Shown here: in pieces, positions 24,936 through 32,000 of the stretch
Numbering within the stretch: the stretch's first letter is position 1
Layout: each line of letters opens with the position of its first letter
Origin: Pseudomonas aeruginosa
Lineage (GTDB): Bacteria > Pseudomonadota > Gammaproteobacteria > Pseudomonadales > Pseudomonadaceae
NCBI RefSeq assembly: GCF_001457615.1
Contig: NZ_LN831024.1
Span: 5,640,001 to 5,672,000, forward strand
Direction of reading: 5' to 3'
Length of the DNA stretch: 32,000 bases
The notes under the pieces: model-generated
Told to the model about the DNA's origin: nothing
Seen by the model: the letters and a program-made list of their open reading frames with translations, nothing else
The model's database searches: none
Made by a program: the position numbers and the translations under genes

Positions 24936-26141
24936 ATGTTCGCAGCTACCCGACTGACCCGTCTTCGCCACGATACCAGCCGCATCCTCAGCCACTGGAT
25001 CCTGCCGCTGGGCTGGCTGGCCCTGCTCACCGGAATGTTCTGGGTCGGCGACCGCTCCGACTACCATCGCCTCTTCTACATCCTGCTTGCAGCCCCGACG
25101 CTGCTGTACGTGATACTGCAACCGCGTCTGCTTCGCCCGCTAACGGGCTCGCCGCTGTTCATCGCCTTCCTCGCCTTCAGCAGCTACATGATGCTGAGCC
25201 TGTCCTGGTCGGCCCCCGAGAACTCCACCGGCTCGCTGCTCAAGCGCCCCCTGTACATCGCCCTCCTGTTCTTCTGCGCCGCCATCCTGGCGCTCGAAGC
25301 TCCCCTCCGCCTCAAGACCGCGACCTGGCTGGCTGCCCTTGGCGCGGTGATCTCCGCGGCAGCCACCTTGCTGCAATACTACTGGGACGCCAACCCGCTG
25401 CGCCTTACCGGTTATGGCGCTCTCTATAACCCATTACTGAGCGCCCATGTCTATGGCGCCTTCACGGCACTCTGGCTGGCCTATTGGATGCAATCCCGCC
25501 CCATCCTGGCCCCCTTGCCACTGATATCTCTGGCGCTGCTCGGTGGCCTTCTCATCGCGACCGGTTCACGTACTCCCCTGGTAGGGCTCACAGCGGCCCT
25601 TATGTGGCTGGTCCTGGCCGGAGACAGGAAAAAAGCCCTCATCGCCCTGGCACTCGCCCTGGCTGGAGCGCTACTGGGCTACATCCTGTACCCGGAAGTG
25701 ATCACCCAGAGAGGGGCATCGTTCCGCCCGGAAATCTGGGCCGACGCCCTACGCCAGATCAGCGAGCATCCATGGCTCGGACACGGCTACGATCATCCGA
25801 TGCGAATCGTCCTGAGCAACGGCATGCTGCTCGCCGACCCGCACAACATCGAACTGGGTGTGCTTTTCGCTGGAGGGATCATCGGGCTCCTGCTGTGGGT
25901 GGCGATCTACGCACTGGCCTTCGGCTTCTCCTGGAAAAACCGGAAGTCTCCAGCCGTTCTGCTAGCCTCGACCTGGCTGGTGTTCGGCCTGGCAGCCGGA
26001 CTCACGGAGGGCAACGCCTTCCTGCCCCGTCCCAAGGAACACTGGTTCCTGATCTGGATTCCCATGGCGCTGCTGTATGCGCTGTGGATCCAGCAAAGGT
26101 TCGCCGCCAGCAGGCGCGGTGAGGATATCGCCGCGCCTTGA
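24936..26141 (+). CDS. waaL: O-antigen ligase
   Basis: Polytopic membrane protein with a periplasmic segment and the Wzy/WaaL motif SEHPWLGHGYDHPMRIVLSNGMLLADPHNIELGVLFAGGIIGLLL. Located between the kinase and wapR. Confidence 0.92.
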   Translation: MFAATRLTRLRHDTSRILSHWILPLGWLALLTGMFWVGDRSDYHRLFYILLAAPTLLYVILQPRLLRPLTGSPLFIAFLAFSSYMMLSLSWSAPENSTGSLLKRPLYIALLFFCAAILALEAPLRLKTATWLAALGAVISAAATLLQYYWDANPLRLTGYGALYNPLLSAHVYGAFTALWLAYWMQSRPILAPLPLISLALLGGLLIATGSRTPLVGLTAALMWLVLAGDRKKALIALALALAGALLGYILYPEVITQRGASFRPEIWADALRQISEHPWLGHGYDHPMRIVLSNGMLLADPHNIELGVLFAGGIIGLLLWVAIYALAFGFSWKNRKSPAVLLASTWLVFGLAAGLTEGNAFLPRPKEHWFLIWIPMALLYALWIQQRFAASRRGEDIAAP

Positions 26142-26159
26142 GTGCGGCGATATCAGCGA

Positions 26160-27044
26160 TCAGGAGAAAAACAGCCGCGCAATGCCGCGGAAGGTCTTCT
26201 CGTTCCAGTACTTCAGCGGCAAGCCGGAGAGCAGCTCCCGGGCCAGTACCTTGTCCCGGTTCGAGCACTTGAGGAACATCGAATTGCGGAAGCGCATGAT
26301 CACCTGCTCGTAATCGGGGTGATCGCTGAACTGGCTGTACGTCTTGAATACGTTGTCCACCATGAAACGGGCGTTCTTGTACGTATTGGTGGGATGCTTG
26401 CGGTACTGGGCGAGGACCTCGCCAAGAATGTCGATGACGTAGCCAGCCTTGGTCACCGCCAGTTCGATATAGACATCTTCCAGGCGTATGTCCGGATCGA
26501 AACCGCCGACCTTCTCCAGGGCTTCCCGCCGGAACATCAAGGTGGGCGCCATCGGGCCCGGCTTGCGGTCCAGGAACAGGTCATCGAAGTCGAGGCGGCG
26601 GAAAGGCAGGTCGCGTTTGCGCTGCTCCTTACCCGGCATGACCCGGCCATTGGAGTCGATGATCTCGATATTGCCCGCGCAGATACCTACCTCGGGCTTG
26701 TCCCACATGTGTGCCACCTGTTTCTCCAGGCGTTGCGGCAACATGATGTCGTCCGAACCGAAAGGCACGATGAGATTTCCCCGAGCCCTGGCGATCGCCT
26801 CGTTGAGCGTTTTCGACAGCCCCTGGTTCTGCTGGACCCTGAGGTCGAAGCCGTACTTCGCCTGGAGCCCGCGCAAAAGCTCGACGCTGCCATCGCTGGA
26901 ACCATCGTCCACCACCAGCAGTTCCACGTTGCGGTACGTCTGCGCAGCCACGCTGGCGATGCTCGCTTCTATGTACTTTTCATGGTTATAGGAAGCGATG
27001 ATCACGGAAACCAATGGCTGCGAACCATCATCGACGAGCGTCAT
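26160..27044 (-). CDS. wapR: Family 2 glycosyltransferase, core rhamnosyltransferase WapR
   Basis: PLVSVIIASYNHEKYIEASIASVAAQTYRNVELLVVDDGSSDGS...LIVPFGSDDIMLP. Symbol assigned from GT2 motifs and synteny next to waaL. Confidence 0.88.
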   Translation of the reverse strand: MTLVDDGSQPLVSVIIASYNHEKYIEASIASVAAQTYRNVELLVVDDGSSDGSVELLRGLQAKYGFDLRVQQNQGLSKTLNEAIARARGNLIVPFGSDDIMLPQRLEKQVAHMWDKPEVGICAGNIEIIDSNGRVMPGKEQRKRDLPFRRLDFDDLFLDRKPGPMAPTLMFRREALEKVGGFDPDIRLEDVYIELAVTKAGYVIDILGEVLAQYRKHPTNTYKNARFMVDNVFKTYSQFSDHPDYEQVIMRFRNSMFLKCSNRDKVLARELLSGLPLKYWNEKTFRGIARLFFS

Positions 27045-27046
27045 AA

Positions 27047-27118
27047 CTACAACCTTACCTGTCTTTCACGTCCCCATTCAAAGCGCCAGACATGCATGAG
27101 CGATCCTGCGATCTTCAT
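27047..27118 (-). CDS. Putative 23-aa leader peptide / uORF (MKIAGSLMHVWRFEWGRERQVRL) immediately upstream of wapR
   Basis: ATG at 27118 preceded by GGGGGGAGGTGTAGGA. TAG stop at 27049-27047, then 2 nt, then the wapR ATG (27044). Confidence 0.4.
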   Translation of the reverse strand: MKIAGSLMHVWRFEWGRERQVRL

Positions 27119-27204
27119 CGGTCCTACACCTCCCCCCAGCCCGGAAAAACAAGCTGAACAATAGCAAACACGCCTGAAGCCCCAGCTCTTTTCGGCTGCT
27201 ACTC

Positions 27205-28161
27205 TCAGGTAAAAATACGTCGCCAGGTCTTCTCCAGCCATCCGGGACGCTCCGGCTCGCGCAACGCGGGCCGCATGGCCTCGACGATACTCTGACCGAC
27301 AGCGGCGAAGCTGAATCGTTCGATGGCCAGCGCCTGGCCGCTTCGCGCGATCCGCTCGGCGAGGGCCGTGTCGAGGCGCAGGATCGCGAGCTTTTCCTGG
27401 ATGTCCGCCACCGAGCGATACAGCACGATATTCTCCATGTCCCGGAAACCCAAGGCCTCGTTTTCCCGCTCGCCCTGGTCGTAGGCCAGCAGTACGCAAC
27501 CGCAGGCCATCGCCTCGAAATTCTTGATCATGTATTCGCCCATGCCGACATCCGCGCTGACGAAGAAACGGATGCGGTTGAGCGTGCGCAGGTACTCCTC
27601 GCCGGACTTGGTCTTGGTCACCAGCAGGTTCTCCACTCCGCCCAACTCGTCGAGCAGCGCCTTGCGTCCACTGTAGGCCACGCTGCCGGTACTGCCGACG
27701 AAGCCCAGCTCGATATCGCGCGCCAGGCCCAGGTCATGCAACAGGGTCTGGTCGTAGCCCTTGGGCACGAATACCGCGTCGAATCCCTCCTGGCGCAGGC
27801 GTTCGCTGACCGTATGGCCCGAACTGATCACCCGTGCCCAGGGCAGGCGCCGGTAATGGGCGCTGAACTTGCCGGTGTACTTGCAGGGAATGTAGTTCTG
27901 GTAGGCATCGTGCTCGAGGATCACCAGGTTGGGCACGCTGCGGATGAAGCGGACCTGGCGCATTTCCTTCTTGAAACGGAGGAAGAACAGGATGCGGTCG
28001 TAGCGCGAGACATCCACGTGCTTGCGGAAGTAGCCGCGCAGGTCGGCCTGCTCCTCGCTGCTCAGCCAGCGGGTATCGCACTCGCAATGGGCGGCGATGC
28101 CGTCGTACAGGCGATCCAGGATCGCGCGCTGCTCTTTCTGGACCAGAAACAGAACTTTCAT
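27205..28161 (-). CDS. ssg: Glycosyltransferase (family 1/4-like with DUF3880-like N-region), Ssg-type cell-surface sugar glycosyltransferase
   Basis: MKVLFLVQKEQRAILDRLYDGIAAHCECDTRWLSSEEQADL... and C-terminal VSADVGMGEYMIKNFEAMACGCVLLAYDQGERENEALGF. Symbol from recalled synteny. Confidence 0.75.
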   Translation of the reverse strand: MKVLFLVQKEQRAILDRLYDGIAAHCECDTRWLSSEEQADLRGYFRKHVDVSRYDRILFFLRFKKEMRQVRFIRSVPNLVILEHDAYQNYIPCKYTGKFSAHYRRLPWARVISSGHTVSERLRQEGFDAVFVPKGYDQTLLHDLGLARDIELGFVGSTGSVAYSGRKALLDELGGVENLLVTKTKSGEEYLRTLNRIRFFVSADVGMGEYMIKNFEAMACGCVLLAYDQGERENEALGFRDMENIVLYRSVADIQEKLAILRLDTALAERIARSGQALAIERFSFAAVGQSIVEAMRPALREPERPGWLEKTWRRIFT

Positions 28162-28233
28162 CAGACCTTCATCCTCGCGGCTGCTCCGAAGCAGCATGGC
28201 GGCTCGAACCTTGCCGAACGCTCGACCCAAGCA

Positions 28234-29652
28234 TCACGCCTCCCCATCCAGCGACTCCACCCAGAACAACTCGTGCCGACGCACCGCCTTGCGCATGAAC
28301 TCGTCCTCGCCGTAAGCCGGCCAGCGACGCCCGGCGAGCCAGCCCTGCAGACGGCGGCGCAGACGGCGCTTGAACGGCGGCCTGGGTTGCAGGTCGTGCA
28401 TCATGCCCAAGGCCATGGCCTTGTCCACCTGGCGCGTGCGCTCCAGCGCCAGCGTCCATGGCAGCAACGGCGAGCATTCTTCGGTCAGCGGTGGCAGGCT
28501 GACCCCCATGTGCGCATCGCCCATCGGCCAGCGATCGTTGTCGTGCAGGTGATTGGCATAGTGCAACAATGCCTGCGGCTGCCAGTCCAGGCCCTGGAGC
28601 GCCTCGCGCACAGCCTCCTGGGCGCGGACATGGTCCGGGTGCGGATCGAAATGCGGATGAGGCAGGACGATGACCTCGGGACGTGCCAGCAGGATCAGCT
28701 CGCGGAGATCGGCCAGCAGATTGTTCCAGGTCGACAGGCCGTCGGCATCGCTGGCCAGGCGCAGGCGGTTGAACTGGCGGAACGGACGGATATCGGTGAG
28801 ATCGGCCTCACGGGACGGCACCACCTCGCCCGGGTTCGCCTGCATGGCAGGCAATTGCAGGCAGAAATAACCCAGTTGCACGCAGCGCTCGGCCGGCACC
28901 CCACCCCACGTCGGCACGGCCTGGCTATCCCAGGCGCGCAGGCGGCCCTTCAGGCGCGCCGCAGCTATTCCGTCGAGGCCCATGCGGCGGTAATGCTCGG
29001 TTTCGATCTCGCCGGCGGTCAGGGTCACGATCCAGGCCTCGCGAGCCTGGCTGTAGAGGCCGAAGGCGGCCAGCTCGGCGTCGTCGGCATGCGGAGCGAT
29101 GACCATCACCCGCCGATCACGGTAGTCGGGATGGCGCGCACGCCACAGGGTCGGTTCGCCGACCAGCCGGCAATGCCGGCCGCGCAGGCGAATCCGGCCC
29201 TCGCCCAGCGGCCCGGCCAGTCCCGTCAGGTTCAGGTAGCGCAAGCCGTTCACCCCACGTTCGAAAGCCTGGGCATCGGCCTCCGCGCCACCTTCCAGCA
29301 GCACCGAGGGTTCGAGGAAGCGCCCCAGCCAGCCAGCGCGCACGCCGATGCCAAGCACCAGCGTATCGCCTTCGCGCAGCTCACCGTCGACTCGCAGACG
29401 GCCATCCGCCAGGCGTACCGGCAGCGACTCGACCCCTTCCGCGAAACGGTAGCGGTAGTCCTCGCCCGGCGAATAGAACAGGTGATCGGCGAACCAGGCT
29501 TCGTGGGCGACCCACAGGGCCACGAGGAGGATCGGCAACAACCAGGGGCTGACCAGCAGACCGACGGCCAGCAATGCCAGCAGCGCAACCAGTAGGCCGA
29601 TCCGCTTGTTGCGTCGATGACGCTTGAGCAACTGCTGCTTGCGTGCGCTCAT
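28234..29652 (-). CDS. dnpA: PIG-L/LmbE family de-N-acetylase with N-terminal membrane helices (DnpA)
   Basis: RVMVIAPHADDAELAAFGLYSQ (PHxDDxE metal-binding motif), VLPHPHFDPHPDHVRAQEAV, and hydrophobic N-terminus RRNKRIGLLVALLALLAVGLLVSPWLLPILLVALWVAHEAW. Confidence 0.85.
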   Translation of the reverse strand: MSARKQQLLKRHRRNKRIGLLVALLALLAVGLLVSPWLLPILLVALWVAHEAWFADHLFYSPGEDYRYRFAEGVESLPVRLADGRLRVDGELREGDTLVLGIGVRAGWLGRFLEPSVLLEGGAEADAQAFERGVNGLRYLNLTGLAGPLGEGRIRLRGRHCRLVGEPTLWRARHPDYRDRRVMVIAPHADDAELAAFGLYSQAREAWIVTLTAGEIETEHYRRMGLDGIAAARLKGRLRAWDSQAVPTWGGVPAERCVQLGYFCLQLPAMQANPGEVVPSREADLTDIRPFRQFNRLRLASDADGLSTWNNLLADLRELILLARPEVIVLPHPHFDPHPDHVRAQEAVREALQGLDWQPQALLHYANHLHDNDRWPMGDAHMGVSLPPLTEECSPLLPWTLALERTRQVDKAMALGMMHDLQPRPPFKRRLRRRLQGWLAGRRWPAYGEDEFMRKAVRRHELFWVESLDGEA

Positions 29653-29655
29653 GCT

Positions 29656-30552
29656 TCAGACCTGGAAGACCGGAGAAGGATGGCACCAGCGATCCTTGTA
29701 TTCGCGGTCGGCGCGACCGAACGAATAGCGCAGGGGTTTGCCCAGCGCTCGCGCATCCTCCCAGGCGGCCTGGGTGTTCAGGTAACTGAGCACGCTGCCA
29801 GGGCTGAACTCGCGGGTCTGCGGATCGACGCCGCCGTTGATGTACTCGACGCTGAGCCAGCCCGGCGCTTCGGCGCGATACAGTACCTGGACCGCGATGG
29901 GCTGGTCGTTGAGCAGCAGGACCGAGCCGCGCAGCAATTCGCGCAGCCGCTCGAAGACCTCGGCCATGCGCTCCGCGCCGGTGGCCGGGAAACCCCAGCG
30001 ACGCTGGAACAGTTCAAGATAGATGGCGGCGAACTCGGCCGGGGGGAAGCTGTCTGCCTGGCGCACCTGGCCACCAGCTTCCTCCACCAGGCGCACTTCG
30101 CGCCGCTGGTTATAGCGGAACTTCTTGGAGAAATCCTCGGGGGCGCGAGCGAAAGCCAGTTGCTCGGTCTGAGGGCGCAGCGTGACGATGTTCCGCTCAT
30201 GCAGCGCCGACAGGTAGCGTCCCGCATGGCGGAGGGCGATGCGGGCATCGTCGGCCACCGGCAGGATCAGTTCGGCGTTGCCCAGGTCGTACAGGCCCTT
30301 CTTGCCGCGCCGCTTGAGCACGTCCTTGGACAACGCCAGGTGGCGGCCCCAGGTCGGGATCGCCGCAACCAGTTCGCCAGCGCTCTCCCAACCCAGGTAA
30401 CGCACCGGGATTCCAGCCATTTCGGCGAGTTGCTCGACCACCAGCGGGTGGGTCGCGACGCTGCCGCCGAAACGCTGCCAGGCCTGGGCGTAGGTCGGCG
30501 CGTCCACTTCGCGCCAACCGCGTTCGCGGAAGGCGCGCAACCTGTTCAGCAT
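29656..30552 (-). CDS. mig-14: Mig-14 family protein (GNAT-like fold; antimicrobial peptide resistance)
   Basis: FSKKFRYNQRREVRLVEEAGGQVRQADSFPPAEFAAIYLELFQRRWGF...SVEYINGGVDPQTREFSPGSVLSYLNTQAAWEDARALGKPLRYSFGRADREYKDRWC. Family and synteny match. Confidence 0.85.
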   Translation of the reverse strand: MLNRLRAFRERGWREVDAPTYAQAWQRFGGSVATHPLVVEQLAEMAGIPVRYLGWESAGELVAAIPTWGRHLALSKDVLKRRGKKGLYDLGNAELILPVADDARIALRHAGRYLSALHERNIVTLRPQTEQLAFARAPEDFSKKFRYNQRREVRLVEEAGGQVRQADSFPPAEFAAIYLELFQRRWGFPATGAERMAEVFERLRELLRGSVLLLNDQPIAVQVLYRAEAPGWLSVEYINGGVDPQTREFSPGSVLSYLNTQAAWEDARALGKPLRYSFGRADREYKDRWCHPSPVFQV

Positions 30553-31682
30553 GCAGACTCCGAAGCGAAGCCGGCAATCGTCGGCAGGCGCCAGAATTCG
30601 CGGCGCACCGCAGCGTCGGAGAAGCGTGTCTCCAGGCGCTCGAGCATGAGCCGAGCACAGGCCTCGCGCTGGCGGCGGTCAAGCGCCGCCAGGTGGGTCA
30701 GGCCCTCGGCCAGGGCCGTCTCGTCGCCCAGCGGGAAGAGGATGCCGACCCCTTCCACCACTTCGCGGGCGCCGCCACAGGCGGTGGCGATCAGCGGTAC
30801 ACCGGCGACCATGGCCTCCAGCAGGACCATGCCGAACGGCTCGTGGTCGGAACTCAGGGCGAAGGCGTCGAACGCCTTGAAGTAGCGCCGTGCCTCTTCG
30901 ACCTGGCCGAGGAACAGCACGCGCTCGCCGATACCCAGTTCGCAGGCCAGGTCCTTGAGCTGCTCTTCCAGGCGGCCGCTGCCGAGGATCGCCAGCAGGC
31001 TGTTCTGCGGCAGGCGCGGCAGCGCGGCGGCAAAGCCGCGCAGCAGGGTAGCCTGGTCCTTGTCCGGATGCAGGCGGCCGACGTTGCCGACCACCCAGGC
31101 CTCGTCGGGCAGGCGCAGTTGCCGGCGCGCACTCAGGCGCTCGACCTGCTCGGCCTGCAGCGCAGCGACGTCGATGCGGTTGTAGAGCGTCTCGATCCGC
31201 TCCGCCGGCCACTTCGGCAGGCAACGGCGGATATCGTCGCGCACCGCGTCGGACACCGCCAGCAGGCTCAGGCGCTTGCTCATCAGGCCGGCGAAGACCT
31301 TGCGCGACAACCGCTGGTAATCGCCGAAGGCGTGGTGCACGCCAATGATCGGCAGACGAGTGGCCAGGCTGGCGATCCAGATCGGCTTGAAGCGGTGCGC
31401 GATGCAGAAGCGGAAGTCGCGCGAACGGGCGATCTCGCGCAAGTCGCGGATCGCCTTCAGCTTGAGGCCACGGATGTCCCTGGAGCCGTACTCGAGGAAC
31501 AGTACCTCGTCGGAGGCGCAACGCGCCGCCACCTCAGGATCGGAACGCCCGGTGAGGAACACCGTGGTGACCTTGTACGGGGTTCCGGCGAACAGGCTGG
31601 CGTACTGACGGGCACAGTCGAGGAAAGGCCCGTCGTAGCCGTGACAGAACTGCAGGACGCGAGGTTCAGCCGACCGAGTCAT
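30546..31682 (-). CDS. wapH: Family 4 glycosyltransferase (LPS core), WapH-like
   Basis: VGNVGRLHPDKDQATLLRGFAAALP...VLFLGQVEEARRYFKAFDAFALSSDHEPFGMVLLEAMVAGVPLIATACGGAREVV, the GT4 donor site. Symbol from synteny. Confidence 0.85.
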   Translation of the reverse strand: MTRSAEPRVLQFCHGYDGPFLDCARQYASLFAGTPYKVTTVFLTGRSDPEVAARCASDEVLFLEYGSRDIRGLKLKAIRDLREIARSRDFRFCIAHRFKPIWIASLATRLPIIGVHHAFGDYQRLSRKVFAGLMSKRLSLLAVSDAVRDDIRRCLPKWPAERIETLYNRIDVAALQAEQVERLSARRQLRLPDEAWVVGNVGRLHPDKDQATLLRGFAAALPRLPQNSLLAILGSGRLEEQLKDLACELGIGERVLFLGQVEEARRYFKAFDAFALSSDHEPFGMVLLEAMVAGVPLIATACGGAREVVEGVGILFPLGDETALAEGLTHLAALDRRQREACARLMLERLETRFSDAAVRREFWRLPTIAGFASESAC

Positions 31683-32000
31683 ACCAGTCCACGCCCTCCT
31701 TCACGACCAGGATGTCCTCCATGATCAGGTACTGCAGATCGGAGCCGAAGAACATGTTCAGGGCGTCGGTCGGCGAGCAGATCATCGGTTCTCCACGACG
31801 ATTGAGCGAAGTGTTCAGGGCCACGCCGTTGCCGGTGAGGTTCTCCAGTTCCTTCATCAGGTCGTAGTAGCGCGGGTTGTACTCGCGCTTCAGCACCTGG
31901 GCGCGGGAGGTGCCGTCCTCGTGCACCACTTCCGGCACTCGCTCCTTCCACTCTTCGTTGACTTCGAAGGTGAAGGTCATGAACGGGGCCGGGTGGTCGA
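31666..32000 (-). CDS. Carbamoyltransferase, C-terminal fragment (N-terminus outside window)
   Basis: DHPAPFMTFTFEVNEEWKERVPEVVHEDGTSRAQVLKREYNPRYYDLMKELENLTGNGVALNTSLNRRGEPMICSPTDALNMFFGSDLQYLIMEDILVVK, typical NodU/CmcH C-terminus. The frame stays open to the window edge. Confidence 0.9.
   Translation of the reverse strand, partial: DHPAPFMTFTFEVNEEWKERVPEVVHEDGTSRAQVLKREYNPRYYDLMKELENLTGNGVALNTSLNRRGEPMICSPTDALNMFFGSDLQYLIMEDILVVKEGVDWYDSVG

Noticed and set aside
24906-25376. Short antisense ORFs across waaL
   Set aside because: No SD or recognisable domain; waaL on the plus strand explains the coding signal.
1-32000. CRISPR arrays, toxin-antitoxin pairs, retron, phage or IS elements
   Set aside because: I saw no regularly spaced repeats, integrase/transposase/reverse transcriptase translations or attachment-site duplications. 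The one atypical gene (asnB-like) has no mobility gene next to it.

Overview
This window is an ordinary chromosomal segment of a high-GC Pseudomonas. Gene content and order match my memory of the Pseudomonas aeruginosa aruRS - waaA - hldE - msbA - waaL - wapR - dnpA - mig-14 - wapH region. I see no CRISPR array, no tRNA or rRNA, and no recognisable transposon or prophage genes. From left to right: an amino-acid permease (-); an AruR/AruS-like two-component module with an intervening periplasmic binding protein gene (-); a TetR regulator; an orphan PotD-like binding protein divergent from a GTG-started Fe-S/flavin oxidoreductase; an XRE-cupin regulator; waaA; a LysR regulator divergent from an EmrE-type SMR pump; an FAD oxidoreductase plus aldo/keto reductase pair; a hypothetical protein; two acyl-CoA dehydrogenases; an AT-richer asparagine-synthetase-like gene; and the LPS block hldE, msbA, a small kinase, waaL, wapR, a glycosyltransferase, dnpA, mig-14, wapH and a partial carbamoyltransferase. 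The best follow-up leads are: (1) the compositionally distinct AsnB/WbpS-like amidotransferase gene next to hldE; (2) a 23-codon ORF with a Shine-Dalgarno that ends 2 nt before wapR; (3) an 18-codon ORF overlapping the permease start codon; (4) a perfect 8-7-8 inverted repeat in the LysR/SMR divergent region; (5) the periplasmic sensor gene embedded in the aruRS operon. Most long antisense ORFs in the supplied track look like high-GC artefacts.
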